Assembly: GCF_006345805.1 (NCBI RefSeq)
Contig: NC_042999.1
Coordinates: 6,386,001-6,450,000, forward strand
DNA from: Octopus sinensis
Taxonomy: Eukaryota
Direction: 5' to 3'
Length of the DNA: 64,000 bases
Numbering within the stretch: position 1 is the first letter of the stretch; every line of letters begins with the position of its first letter. Positions 12,701 through 27,700 of this stretch are shown here, one piece after another. Below the pieces are notes generated by a model. It saw only the letters and a list, made by a program, of their open reading frames with translations. It did not search any database and was not told the origin of the DNA. Position numbers and translations under genes: made by a program.

Positions 12701-15700
12701 ATATACATAATCTTCATATCCAAAATTTTTTGCTTCTCTTTTAGAAATGCTGAAGGCTGTACACCATTCATGCAAGCCGTATGTGGTCGGGCCTATTCTG
12801 CTGCACTTTTACTTATGGATATTGCTAAAAAAGTGGCCTTGAAAGACAAAGAAGTTGACAAAAATGTGCTTATGACAATGTTATATCCTACTGGATCAAG
12901 CCTAGACAATTCTCCTCTCCATGTGTTATGTTGTAATGACACATGTAGTTTCACATGGACCGGTGCAGAACATATTAATCAAGTAAATATTTAAATCATT
13001 CTCTTATTTCTATTATAACTTTTCTGGGTCTGTTTCAGTGAACCGGGGGTTATGTAATAACTTTACATATTTTATAATATAATTTACATATTTTCTTCCT
13101 AACAAACCTAATCATTTACATAAATTTACTTCAGTAGTCATGATAATCGACCCTCCTGCCACTTTTATATACAGTGTCTCTGTAAAGTCATGGTGGGATT
13201 TCAAAACTATTTATTAGTGTAACATCTGACATTAGACATTTCATATCCATGAAATGGAAATTGTAGTTGTTACCTGTGCCGGTGGCATGTAAAAAGCACC
13301 ATCCGGACGTGACTGATGCCAATGCCGCCTTGACTGGTTTCCGTGCCAGTGGCACGTAAAAAGCACCAACCGATTGTGGCCACAGCCAGCCTCACCTGGC
13401 ACCTGTGATGGTGGCACGTAAAAAGCACCCACTACACTCATGGAGTGGTTGGCGTTAAGAAGGGCATCCAGCTGTAGAAAACAAGCACTGGAATCTGGTG
13501 CAGGCCCTGGCCGTACCAGCTCCTGTGAAGCTGTTCAGCCCATGCCAGCTGAGAAAATGAATGTTAACTGATGATGACCATGTGAAAGTGCATGGCCTAG
13601 TGGTTAGGTGTGTTGCATACACAATCATGAGATCATGATTTCAATTCCCAGACTGGCTGCACATTGTGCTCTTGAGCAAAACACTTCATGTCATGTTGCT
13701 CCAGTCCACTCAGCTGTGAATGGATAACCCTGTGATGGAATAGCCTTCTGATCAGGGTCAATGTTGGGTCATCATTTGAAAGTTAAAATGATGCAAAGCA
13801 TATGTAGAACATTCGATAGTTTGGTTGATCACATGATAATAATGAAATTATTGTATACAGTGCTTGGGTGCACCACAACTTGTCAAAAGTGCGTGTAAAG
13901 CATATGCAGTTATGTACAAATGTCTGGAAAGTGAACAGTGTATGAGTCAGATACATGCTTGCGTGTATATAATAATATTCATTTGACCTAGAAAATTTAA
14001 GAGTGGTGATGGTGACAATTCCCATTTGAATTTCTTTAATCCCTTCAATTTAATTAATCACTAATACTGGTCACCATTTGTGGCCGTAATCTTCTCATCC
14101 AGGCTTTCTGTTTACAAACGATATTTTTTGTTGTTTGTGTGATATTATAGTTACAAGTAAATAAGAAAAATTTTTATGTGAACAATGACCCATGTCAGCA
14201 TGGATGGTTAAATGATGATGGTGATGATCAAATGATTATCAACGAGGTGAAATGGGAGCATGGCTGTTGTAGTACCCAAAATACAACAATAATAGGAGGT
14301 TCCCTGATTGAGAGTGTAGCATTGAGGGGAAATGGCTTTGAAGCAGGTGTTGAGTGGCAAGAATGTGATAGAGGGATAGCAATAGATGTCTGTTGTAGAG
14401 GAGATATCTGGCCACCCCAGCCAGAGGAAATATGGTGGGGAAGAGATCATGTCAGGGTTTATCCTCAATGTACAAGAGGATGCATGCGAGGTGGGTGGGA
14501 ACAGAGGAGTAAGGGTGTAGGTGATACCCTGAATGACAAACGGGGGGAGTGGGGAATGATCAGTGGCAAATATTTTGTGTAAAGGGGGAGATGAGAAAGT
14601 TGAAAGCAGTAAATGGGTTTGCTTGAATATGTGAAAGGGGCTAGATGTTAGGTGTTTACAGGTTTACGTCAGCAATCCCCCAAATTCTCATTAATGATAA
14701 AAAATTCTGGACAGTTTCTAAGATTTTTTTTCCCCTCCCGCTTCCTTTTGACCATAATGAATCATGTTGTGACTACAATGTCCCTTCCAAATGTTTTCAG
14801 GATATATTTGAATGTCGAACCTGTGGTCTCGTTGGCTCCCTATGTTGTTGCACTGAGTGTGCTCGTGTATGTCACAAAGGACACGATTGCAAGTAAGTGA
14901 AATTGCGCAGATTCCATTTTCTACCTGACGAAATACTGTTTGAAAACTGTGCTTTTTGGGTTTTGTTTTTAATTTTTTAATGGTTGTTGCCAGCCTCGCC
15001 TGACTCCCGTGCCGGTGGCACATAAAAAGCACCATCCATCCGTGGCCGTTTGCCAACTCCGTCTGGCACCTGTGCGGGTGGCACGTAAAAAGCACCCACT
15101 ACACTCACGGAATGGTTGGCGTTAGGAAGGGCATCCAGCTGTAGAAACACTGCCAGATCAGACTGGGCCTGGTGCAGCCTTCTGGCTTCCCAGACCCCAG
15201 TTGAACCGTCCAACCCATGCTAGCATGGAAAGCAGACGCTAAATGATGATAATGAATTGCATTATCATGTCACCAAAGACTACAGCTTGGCGTTAGGAAG
15301 GGCATCCAGCTGTAGAAACTCTGCCAGATCAGATTGGAGTCTGGTTCGCCAGACCTCAGTCAAAATCGTCCAACCCATGCTAGCATGGAAAGTGGATGTT
15401 AAACGATGATGATGATGTTTTCTAGAAAGGTTACCTCTAACATATATATACTTTTATTGTTCATACATAGGATAAAAATTAACTTAAACTCTGAGATCAG
15501 TGCAAAAAATAGTTTAAGTCGCTTGAATAAATAATGAGTTTTCTACAAATACGTTTCTAGTGCGTCACCTAATGTGGCTCAGTCATCAGGCATCTTCAAT
15601 TTGTTTTGTGAGAGGCTGACAGACTCTGCTCTTAATTTAATATAAGTTGTGAAATCTGATTTTTTAATTAAAGAAATTTGGTTTGATTATCAGATTTGCT

Positions 15701-18700
15701 TATGCCAGAATAACCTTGTGTAGATTGTATAATCAATAATTTTTTTTTTCCACCCCCTTTTTTCTGTTATAATTTTGACCTTTAAGCACTGCCATGATTT
15801 TTCTATTTCAGACTGAAGCGAACTTCGCCAACTGCATACTGTGATTGTTGGGAAAAATGTAAATGTAAAGCTTTGATTGCTGGCAACCCAACTGCACGGC
15901 TTGAATTGTTAAACCGACTTCTATCAGAAACTGAATTAGTAACTCTACCAAACAGCAGGTAAATACAATTCAGTTCCTGGAATTTTATGAAATTTCCAAT
16001 AATTTTTATTAAATATTCTTTTTATTAGATTTTCAATAATTTTTATTAAATATTCCTTTTATTAAATTTTCAATAATTATCTTACATATAGAATATTTCT
16101 TTGTTCTTGTTAAATTCTTTATTTTTGATTTTTGGAGTTATGCTGAAGGACTTTATTTAATGTCACTCTTTATTTGCAGAGGAGAGAACATTCTGCTGTT
16201 TCTTGTCCAAACAGTTGGACGCCAACTGATTGAACAACGATCTTGCCGACCCCCAAGAGCTAGAATGGGAGGTCCTAGAAAAAATCCCGTCTCTGAGATT
16301 GGTTAGTGTCTTTTCTATCTTCTGGTTTTGCATTATCTGGAATTTTTTTTGATTTCTTTCTTGTTGCCGTTATTTGAACTTATTTGTAATTTCTATTTCA
16401 ATCATGTGAATGGTGTAGCTGATATTGAAATGCCAGAACATGATTTAGAGCCACCACGCTTCAGTAGACAAGCTTTGGAAAAAATTCTTGAAAATTGGAC
16501 TGCTGTAAAAGCCATGCTGCTCTGTGGTAGAAAGGAACACTTATCCAGGTAATTAGTTATCACCTGTATCTCTATCTCTTTTGTTTTTTATATTTTATTT
16601 TACTATAATAACTGGAAGTAGATTTTGGCTATTTGCGACCCCAGAACCTGAATAGATTCCGAGATTCTGTACATCATTGATAAGAGATCCGGCTGTTATT
16701 GCTCTGCTGGATGTCTGTTACTGATGAATCCATAGCAGGATGAAATCATGTGCTCTGGCTGTTTCAGCAATTGTAGCTGATGGTTCTCTCATCTGTTAAT
16801 TTTGAGTGCTTTTATACCCCGTGAGTTCTTATGAGAGCTTCTAACATGGTAAATAATGCAGTAATCTGTGCGCTAATCCAGCCACCACATAAAGTTGGAG
16901 ATTGAGATTACCTTTTCATATTAATACTGCTTCAGTCACTATTAATTATTTTGGAAGCAGATTAGTTTTAAAATACAAATGATGTCTGCTGTGAAAAGTA
17001 AGGCTTTTGATTCTCTGGTTGTTATTTATTTACTCCATCAACTGACATCAGAAAGCCTAAAACAGAATGGCTTCATCCAAATGCTTGCAGGGTGAAAGAA
17101 GCACCAAATAATGTCTTGTTATTCTTGTAATATATCTAAGGTGGCCAGGTTAGTCTGCTAGAAGCCATCTCAGAAATTTGAACTCTCTACTCCAGACTAA
17201 TGAAATGCTTGTCACTGCTGCATATTGGACTGATCCAGCCAAGTGATAAGTTTCTTGTAATGACTTGTGTCCTGCATCCAATAAGTTGGCACCATCTCAT
17301 CTTGCTCATCCGCAACCCTTAAAAATATAAACCTTATGTTTTCTGTTTGTTAGAACTATGCGGATTTGTCAAAACAATCATCAAATTAAATGTAAAAGAT
17401 TTCTAAATTCAGTAATTCCTCCTTATCTTCTCTATAGAAAGTGGAAATTGTGTTTAACCATTTTGTTACCATAATTCTGTTGAAACGTACCATCTTTGAT
17501 CAATAAATTTGAAGAATTTAGTAAAATAACCTTTTCGTTATTAAACTATCTAAAACAAAACAAAAAATAAAAAAGCATGAAATTTTGATGGTAGGTTCTA
17601 ATTCAGATCAATCTAGGAAGTTTGTATCCATAGAACCAGGGGCTGTTTTAGGTGGGTTAGTAGCAAAAGAGTTAAGCTAAATGAGAAAAACAAAATTAAG
17701 GATTATATTGTTACACACACACATTGCGACTTAAGAATTTCTATTTACCTGTTTAAAGTTAGAATATAGTTTTACAAGAAGCTGCTCTATGGAGTAACTT
17801 TTAACATCTTTTCTGACATAGGTTTTTTTTTCTTTTCACATTGGCACTGGTCACAAATTTGTAGACATGAGATGCAGCTAATTGAATCAATTGTAGCATA
17901 AGTTTTGGGGTAAACAGAAGACGGAATTGTCCTTGGTGGGAATTGTTCTTAGAATGTGTAAACGGACACAACGAATACTGTAAATTTATGTTTCTGAGTC
18001 TGTGTTTGTTTTTAGGAAATCTAAAATATTGATAGGAAATCATAGAAATATTGTTTGTCTTGACAATTTTCTTTTTCACTTCAATCTCACCTGTATTCTT
18101 TGCAGCCCCGATATCCTGTATGAAGAACAGGTGTATTTAGAGAGTCAAGGAGGAACTGCTAGACTTGATAAATTCACACACTGTTTATTACTCAAATGCA
18201 CAGGTGTTGATGTAAGTAAACATTTTCTTTTTTTTTTTGTTTTTTTGTTTTTTGTGAGCAGCTCACAAAGCAAACCCCAGTTTAAAAAAAAAAAAATAAT
18301 GATAATGAATATTTAATTAAACCAATGTTTAAATTTCTATTTTTACCTGTCAAGATTTTTCAGGTTTTTGTTTTAGTTTCCTCTGTCTCTCATTTTGTAC
18401 ACCCCCCCCACAAACAAGCAATATCACTGCTTTAATCCTTTAGCATTCAAATTATTCTGTCAAATGCAATGCTTATTTATTCTCATTATTTTGAGCTAAT
18501 CACGAATTATGTTGTAGCTTTGAGAATTCTATGATGTGATAGTTTACTTTTACAATGACATTGTAAGATAGGTGTGAGAAGTCAGCTCTGGTTGGTTTGA
18601 GCATAAAACAGAATATTTCAGTTGGATATGGCCAGTTTAAATGCTAAAGGGTTAAATAAAGGAAATATTCTTTCCTACTCTAGGCACAAGGCCTGAAAAT

Positions 18701-21700
18701 TTTGGGGGGAGGGGTCAGTTGATTAGATCGACGCCAGTATGCAACTGGTACTTAATTTATCAACCCCCGAAAGGATGAAAGGCAAAGTCAACCTCGGTTG
18801 GATTTGAACCCCAGAACATAAAGAGAAGTGAAATATCGCTAAGCATTTCGCCCGGTGTGCTAATGTTTCTGCCAGAAATATTGCACTGACTGTGGCCGGG
18901 AGAATGGTGAAAAGCCAGCAGTGTGACTGGAGGAGTGTTGAAAACTCAACAACTGCTGACAGAAATCTTGAAATTGCTATATGGAAATTAAAAAAAAAGA
19001 AAAAAAGGTGTTGGGTTACCTGAACACCCGACTAATCTAAGATAGGATTAAGTTTTACTGTTGTGTTCATCATCATCATCGTTTAATGTCTGCTCTCCAT
19101 GCTAGCATGGGCTGGACGATTTGACTGAGGACTGGCAAACCAGATGGCTGCACCAGGCTTCAATCTTGATCTGGCAGAGTTTCTGGATTGAAGCCTGGTG
19201 CAGTCATCCAGTTCACTAGCCCTCAGTTAAATCGTCCAACCCATGCTAGCATGGAGAGCGGACGTTAAACGATGATGATGATGATGAACACAACAGTAAA
19301 ACTTAATCCTATCTTAGACTAGTCAGGTGTTCAGGTAACCCAACACTTTTTTCTTTTCTTAATTTCCGTATAGCAATTTCAAGATTACTATATTGCATAT
19401 TTTAATATTGATGATTGTTTCTTTCATAAGTATTATTATTCTGCTATGATAATGATAGTTAATTAATACTTTAATAAACTTTAATATGATCTGCCTGTAA
19501 GTCGGTGAACTGGTACAATCAGTAATATGCTGGGTAAAATGCTTACTGGCATTTCGTCCAGCTCATTACTTTCTGAGATCAAATGCTACCAAGGCTAATT
19601 TTGCCTTTCATCCTTTCAGGGGTCAGTAAAATAAGTACCAGTCAAGCACTGGGGCTGATGTAGTTGACTTAACCCCCTCCCCCAAAATTGCTGGCCTTGT
19701 GCCAAAATGTGCATCCAATATTGATGATTCTTTTCCTTAAAAAAGACCTGGATTAAGATTAATCTTCTCTTGTACAGATGCTGGACACCTTATTGACAAC
19801 ATTGATCCGAGAAATTCAGAACAATAATGTTGAAGGTAGAAAAACTGAGGCTAAACTTGTTGCAAGACGATTCCTGCGATCAGTGGCTCGCATCTTTGTA
19901 GTTTTGAATGTGGAAATGGTACCATTATCTGGGAAAAGAAGAAGGTAACATGGTTTTTCTTTTTTTTTTTTATATATGTTTTTGAATTTATATGTCATTG
20001 ACTGGCTTCCGTGCTGGTGGCACGTAAAAAGCACCATCCAGTCGTGGTCGATGCCTGCCTCCTGTGCCGGTGGCACGTAAAAAAGCACCTACTACACTCA
20101 CGGAGTGTTGGAAGGGCATCCAGCTGTAGAAACACTGCCAGATCAGACTGGAGCCTGGTTCAGCCTCCCGGCTTCCCAGACCCCGGTCGAACCGTCCAAC
20201 CCATGCTAGCACGGAAAACGGACATTAAACAATGATGATGATGATATTGACTGGCTTCCATGCTGGTGGCACGTAAAAGGCGGCATCTGATCGTGGTTGA
20301 TGCCAGCCCCTCTGGCCCCTATGCTGGTGGCACATAAAAAAAGCACCCTCTACACTCTCGGAGTGGTTGGCATTAGGAAGGGCATCCAGCTGTAGAAACA
20401 CTGCCAGATCAAGATTGGAGCCTGGTGCAGCCTCCTGGCTTCCCAGACCCCAGTCAAACCGTCCAACCCATGCCAGCATGGAAAACGGACATTAAACAAT
20501 GATGTTGATGATGATATACTTGTGTACATGATTCTGATTGTTTCGGAAGGCCAACACATTGGTCAGTAAAGTTTGAACTCTCAATCATGTGGTTAATAGT
20601 TCACAACCTTAACTTCAGTGCCACTGTGCAACACATCGGGGCAATTATCTTCAACTTTATTTTTGACTGACCAAAGCCTTAAGAGTAGATTTAGTTGTTG
20701 GAAACTGTGGAAGCCTATCCTGTGTATATGGCTATATATATATATGCTAGCATGGAAAGCGGACGTTAAACGATGATGATGATATTTTGTTTTACATTTG
20801 TGCTTCTCTGAAAATCTTTGGGCTCCACACAGTGATGTTGTTGCCATTTCCCGTGTCAAGAAATCCATTGATTTGGGGCCTTCAAAGACATGTGGAATAA
20901 GATATCCCTTATGTAAAAAACCAGATAAGGGTTAGTGGCAAGAAAGGCATCTGGATGTAAATCAGGGCCTCAATAATCTATTCATCTGACCCATGCTAGC
21001 ATGGGAAAATGGACATAAACTCAAATAATGAATTAACTGGATAGGTCCCTTTGTTCTTTTATAAAAATTCTGTTAATAAAATCTGTGTTGTGTTGGGGTA
21101 GGAATTCCTTTCTTTGCCTTCCCTCTCTCTCTTTCGGAGAGGCACTGAGCAGCTATACGCACACGGCAGTAACTTCCACCTACCAAATTCAATCACAAAG
21201 CTTCGGTCGGCTCGGGGCTATAGTGGAAGACACCTACCCAAAGTGCCACGCAGTGGGACTGAACCCGAAACCATGTAACTAGGAAGCAAGCTCCCTAACC
21301 ACACAGCCATGCCCGCGCCTTCATTTACAAGAAATGTCTGTTGTACATAGTTTGAATTTAATGTTATTTGTATTTTAATGTTATTACAGTTCTATATTTA
21401 AGAGCTGAGGAATTATGTACATTATTTACATTTGATGGATATTTCTCCAACGTTTCGGCTGATATACCCTCCAGCCTTCATCTGGTGTCTTGGGGAAATT
21501 TTGAACCTGGGTTTTCATTCCTAAGGTATTTTTCAATGTTGTTATTATTCAGGTCACTGCCTGGAATCGAACTCGTAATCTTGGGGTTGGTAGCCCATGC
21601 TCTTAACCACTACATCATATGCACATGGGCATAGGAACGAGAACCCAGGTTCGAAGTTTCCCCAAGACACCTGATGAAGGCTGAAGGGTATATCAGCTGA

Positions 21701-24700
21701 ACTGCTTGTAATAACAAACATGAGGACAAATATCTGTCAAATGTAAATAATGTAAATAACGTTATTGTTTGTATTTTCTGTTGCTGTAGCACTGGTACCA
21801 TCCCTTGTCAAGCAATTTACAAATGTAAACGTGCATTTCAAGCTCTTATTACAATTGCCATTGAAGAACTATGTGAGATAGCTAACTCATTGATTGCACC
21901 TGTCCGTATGGGTGTGGCTCGCCCAACAGCTCCCTTTAATCAGCTAAGTGCTAGCATTGAAGCAATACAGGTGCGTATTTGTTTTCATAATATTTCTCTC
22001 TCCTCTCTCACTTTATAATTCAATTTCTATCACTTTTTTATTAAACCAGTGTGTTTAAATTTACACAAGGGTACATTCAACCTATTACTGTTCTAATATA
22101 ACAAACAATATTTGCTGTATTTTTTTTCTAATATGGAGGGTAAATACTTCCTATGCTAGTAGGGTGCCAAGAGCACCATCTGAGCGTGATTGTTGCCAGA
22201 GTGGCTAACTGGCTTCCATGCTGGTGGCACGTAAAAGGGCACCATTCGAGTGTGATCGTTATCAGCTTCGCCTTACTGGCGCCTGTGCTGGTGGCATGTG
22301 TAAAAAGATTTGAGCGAGGTCATTGCCAGTACCGCCTGACTGGCCCCCGTGCCTGTGGCACGTAAAAAGCACTCACTACACTCTTGTGGACATCCAGCTG
22401 TAGAAACTCTGCCAGATCAAGATTGGAACCTGGTGTGGCCATCTGGTTCACCAGCCCTCAGTCAAAATCGTCCAACCCATGCTAGCATGGAAAGCGGACG
22501 TTAAGCAACGATGATGATATATATATATATATATATAAATTTTATTTGTAAAGCACCCAGTACACTCTGTAAAGTATAGGGAGGGTATCAACCATAGAAA
22601 CCACACCAAAACAGATGACTGGGACCTACTGAAGCCTGGTGCAGCCCTCCAGCCTTGTCAGCTCCTGTCGAGCCATCCAACCCAGGCCAGCTTGGAAAAT
22701 GGTCGTTAACTGATGAAATATTAATTTAATTATTCTCAACACTGTTCATGTCCTTATAAGCTCATCATGTTAATGATAGGCAGATTAATTAAGGTGTTAC
22801 AATGCTTTTAGAATTTGGTTTGCATTTATCATACCTTGTTCAGTGAAATCCCTGAAACAACACCTAAAAATAATTGGAGGTTGAGCCAATGGAAACCAGA
22901 TGTAAAATACCGAAGTAAGGTCGGTGAGTTTATTCATGAAGGAAATAGCTATCATTAAAATCAATTGTTAATTAGATGGGAGTTTATTGAAGGAGCAATG
23001 TATAGTTTTTCAAGACATTTTGATTTTGTATATCTTTGACCCTGCATCCTTTCTATTCCATGTTTCTTTTTGTAGGGAAGTGAGGAAATCTTCAGTGTGG
23101 ACCCATTACCACCAAGGCCTTCATCTGCTGATCATGACTCTCAACCTATGGCATACATCCCTCGTAGTGGTTCCCCACAGCCTATGGAACAAGGAGAAAG
23201 AGCTAGAGAACGGGATGAGGATGAAATGATATCAGGAGATGTAGAAGAGGTAAAGACACGATCCCTTATTTTTTCAAAATGCATTTTCCCCCCTTATTTT
23301 TAAGACCTTAAACCTGAATTATGTTTCTCTCTCTGCTCTTGCTTGATGGGGTTGAGGTCATCCCATGTTAGCAGATACACAGGTGTCATCGTATGTAGAG
23401 CCAACCGGGGCCACTAGTGCCTCCAATCACTGGCAGTCCTGTGCTGGCCTTTGTGCATCTACCAATATGATATCAAGCCTCTGGAAATCTTACTTTGTTA
23501 CATCCAACCATCTGGTGATGGTGGCCTACCATGGAGCCACTTCTAACCTGCAGCTGCTGCGTTGAACTAGAGTAAGGCTCTGGTCGAATGATCTGAATTA
23601 TGTCCTAACTCCTTAAACCTATTAAAATGTTTTGTGCACTGACCCTGAGCTAACTGGGCTACAGACAATGGAAATTTCCTTTCATAAACTCTGACAGAGA
23701 GAATTGTTTAAATCTACTTTTCTCTGCAATATTCCTGATGTGTGAACATACTCCAGGTCAGGTAATAAGTGAAAGGGAACCAGTTTTTAAAACCAGACTA
23801 AATAACATGAGGTAGCCCTTACCAGATAATCTTTTATCTTTTACTTGTTCCAGCCATTTTGACTGTGGCCATGCTGGAGCACCGCCTTTAAAATCATGAG
23901 GTCTCACCGAGATGGACACAACATTGTTTTCTTCCATGCTACACAGCCAGTGTAGATATTTATGTCAAATATACTGTTTGCTATTAAAATGCTGGTTGTT
24001 TGTTGTATGTATTCAGATATTAAACTAGTTTTTTTTTTTATTTATTACATTAAAATGTGCTACTTAAGCGAATAAAATGAATTACTTCATCTAACTTCTT
24101 CAGGTTTACGATTCTAAATATCTATTTTTTTCCAATTGAGTGAAAAGAAATCTTCATAAATGTACATAATTATTTATTTATTAATTACTTTTTACATACA
24201 CAGAATTGAAGTTTGTTTAAAATGTTTGTTCGTTGTAGGTTGAAGTAGTTGAAGGCTTAGTAGGTGATGAAGATCAGTCGGACCGACATTCTGAACGAGA
24301 AGAGGAGCACCAATCTGATCACTCAGACCAAGAGCAACCACAGCAGGAACCCGATGAAGGTAGGCATTAGTTCCTCTTCATACTCTTTCTCTTGACCTAA
24401 TATACTGGGTGTTTGGACTAAATTTGACAGTTTACATAAAATGGAAAGAAAGCACAATATCCTATCCAAAAAGAAAAGTTTTTTTTAGAGAAACGAGTGT
24501 GATCGTTACCAACGTCACCTTACTGGCACCTGTGCCGGTGACATGTGTAAAAAGATTCGAGCGAAGTCATTGCCAGTACCACCTGATTGGCCCCTGTGCC
24601 GGTGGCACGTAAAAAGCACCCACTACACTCTCAGAGTGGTTGGTGTTAGGAAGGGCATCCAGCTGTAGAAACTCTGCCAGATCAAGATTGGAGCCTGGTT

Positions 24701-27700
24701 CAGCCATCTGGTTTGCCAGCCCTCAGTCAAAATCATCCAACCCATGCTAGCATAGAAAACATGTTAAACGATGATGATGATCAACTAGATTATGGCTGAG
24801 AGATGGTTTACTCAAAAGAGCCACCCTTGGCTTCCACCATGGCCTCAAGACAGTGCCAAAACCCAGTAAATGTGTTCCTCGTTGTGTCTCTGGGAACATC
24901 TTTGACTTGCCCCTTGATCTTGGCCACCAGCTTGGTCTTTCTGTTGGTGGTGTCTTTCTCAACCATGCCCTACACATATTAATCCGTGGGATTACAATCA
25001 GTGGGATTAAGAGGCCAGAAATTGGGGCTGCTAAAGTCATAGAAATTTTCTGACTCTTTCCAGAAGAATGGCAAGGAACCAGATCCTGCTGCCACACATA
25101 TTGCCTTTCAACAGCAACCCTCTCCAGCCAGGGTTTGACCAGAGTCTCCAGCAGCTTCACATAACCATCTGAATTGAGCCTAAGGCCCTGTTCAAAGTCA
25201 TAACCCCTGATGTGTCCATTCTTGCTGGCCATGGTTTTGTAGTCCCCATTGCCATGTCTTACAGCTTTTGCAGTGTTCACAGAGCATTGAGCAGCAGTCA
25301 CAGGAGGCGCAATGGCCCAGTGGTTAGGGAGGCAGACTCGCTGTCAGAGGATCGCGGTTTCGATTCCCAGACTGGACGTTGTGTGTGTTTATTGAGCGAA
25401 AATACCTAAAGCTCCACGAGGCTCTGGCAGGGGCTGGTGGCGACCCCTGTTGTACTCTTTAGCTCCAACTTTCTCTCACTCTTTCTTCCTGTTTCTTGTC
25501 TCCGACTTCCTACACAACCGCTGAGCGTGGATGCGCATTCATCCATCCGTCGATGCTCTCGGTGTTGGGGGTTGACGTGCTTTCTCTTCTGCGGGTCTTA
25601 CGAATAGCAAAGGACCACATTTCGGGCTTCTCGAAGACCGTTCGCTCAACAAACAAGCAAGCAAGCAGCAGTCACAAACTAGGTGTTTTGTTACCTGTAG
25701 AATAAAAAAAACAACAGAAAACCACTTTCAAATATTGATGTCTAAAGAACTAACATTGAACTGTGTATGTAAAACTCACCTGTAATTAATGTTTCCCTCA
25801 CTGTACCTATTAAGGTTCCTGTTTTTTTCTTTGGCAGCTGGTGGTGAAAGTGATATGGATTTAGACCTTCTGGCTGAATCTGAAAGTGATAGCGAGAGCA
25901 GTCACAGCAATCAAGACAACACGAGTATCCAACGTAGTGCTGTGACTGCAGCCACTGCCGGATCTGATGCAGGTTAGACTTTTCATCTCATATTTCTTAC
26001 ATTCCATCCTTCCTCATCCCCTGACATTTTTTTATCCACATTTCATCCCCTGACACCCAAAATGCACTGGTGCTGGTGCCATGTAAAAAAAGCACTCACT
26101 GCACTCTGCAAAGTGGTTGGCATTAGGAAGGGCATGGCTGATGCCAGTGCCACATGACTGGCACGTAGAAAGCACCATTTGAGCATAGCCGATACCACCA
26201 CTGCCTGAGTGGCATGTAAAAAGCATCATTCTAGTGTGGTTGATGTTGGTGGCACGTAAAAGCACCCACTACACTCTGAGTTGTTGGTGTTAGGAAGGGC
26301 ATTCAGATTGGAACCTGGTACAGCCTCCAGTCCTCAGTCAAACTGTTCAACTCATGCCAGCCTGGAAAATAGAAGTTAAACAACGATGATGATGATCCAG
26401 ATGTAGAAAGCATGCCAGAACAGATAATGGAGCCTGGTGCTGCTCCTGTCCTTGCCAGCTCTGGTCAAACTGTCCAACCCATACCAGCATGGAAAGCAGA
26501 TGTTAAACAATGATGGTTTCTTTCTTGCATTACATTATTAGTGCTGCTGTTGTTGCTCTGTCTTTACTGCTTCCTTACATTTTTAGTTAATTTGATATGA
26601 ATCCAGTTAAATGCAAAGGACAATATAACTTGGTTTATTGGTTTATATTTTCATCACGAAACTTGATATTAAAGGTTATAAACTCCTCCCCTCTTTTTTT
26701 TTTTAATGTCCAATAATGTAAGTGGTTGATTAAATGAAAATCATCATCATCATCGTTTAACGTCCATTTTCTGTGCTAGCATGGGTTGGACGGAAAAAAG
26801 TGTTGGTGGCCGGTTATGAGACTCAAACTCACACCTCTGTGATTAAGCGTCGCCGTGCTCTGAACCATTGAGCTAAACTACCCAAAAGTCAATTAGTTAA
26901 TAATGTGCTTTTCATTTGCGTTTCAGGTCTTGGAAGTTTGGCTTATTTTTCTGAGGACTCAGGTGAATCATCTACCCAAGATGATGATGATGATGAAAGT
27001 GAAGCTGCTGAAAGTGAAGAGCCAGATGCTGATGAGTTACCTTATCCTGATGAACAATTAGAACGTCGTAGCAATGCTGGTTCCCATGGGCAGAGGACTT
27101 TACAAGCCCCTCAAACCATGCAATGGGCCATTCGTCAACGAGAACCTCCAGCGAACCGAACTCAAACAAGTACTGGCAATACATCCACAACAGGTATAGA
27201 GTGAAAGCTAACTTGATTTTCTATTCATTAAATTTCTCCACAATTCTTTCTTGAGTCACTGTAAAAACTGTTGGATTTCACTGTTTTAATCCTTTAATAT
27301 GTTGCCGTAGCCACAGGGTGGGGTCAGTGTCTTCCATTACAATGTCTAGCTGTGTTACCTTGCACGTCAGCACCAACTACTGACTCTAGGCATGAGGTGA
27401 TTAACAAGATATGTTTTAATAAGCCAGCATAATAATATTTCTGTTATCTTTTCATCTCTGCAATAATAAAGTTGGCATTATATAAAACCATGCAGATGAC
27501 TAGAAATGTTTCTAATCTTGACTAAAAATGGTAATTCTACATACAGAATGATATTGAGGTAACGTGACCATTATAAGCTCCACCTTGAGGGGTTTGGCTT
27601 TTATCAAAAATCTTTATTCAAGACATAGTGTGCTGTCTACAATATGAGTGAATCTTTTTGCAGTCAGATAAATAAAACACTGTAATACTTTAACAATATG

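Noticed and set aside
21545-21612. tRNA-like sequence (also SINE heads at 25302, 47012)
   Set aside because: Has A/B boxes but no complete cloverleaf or acceptor stem; embedded in repeats, so not called tRNA genes
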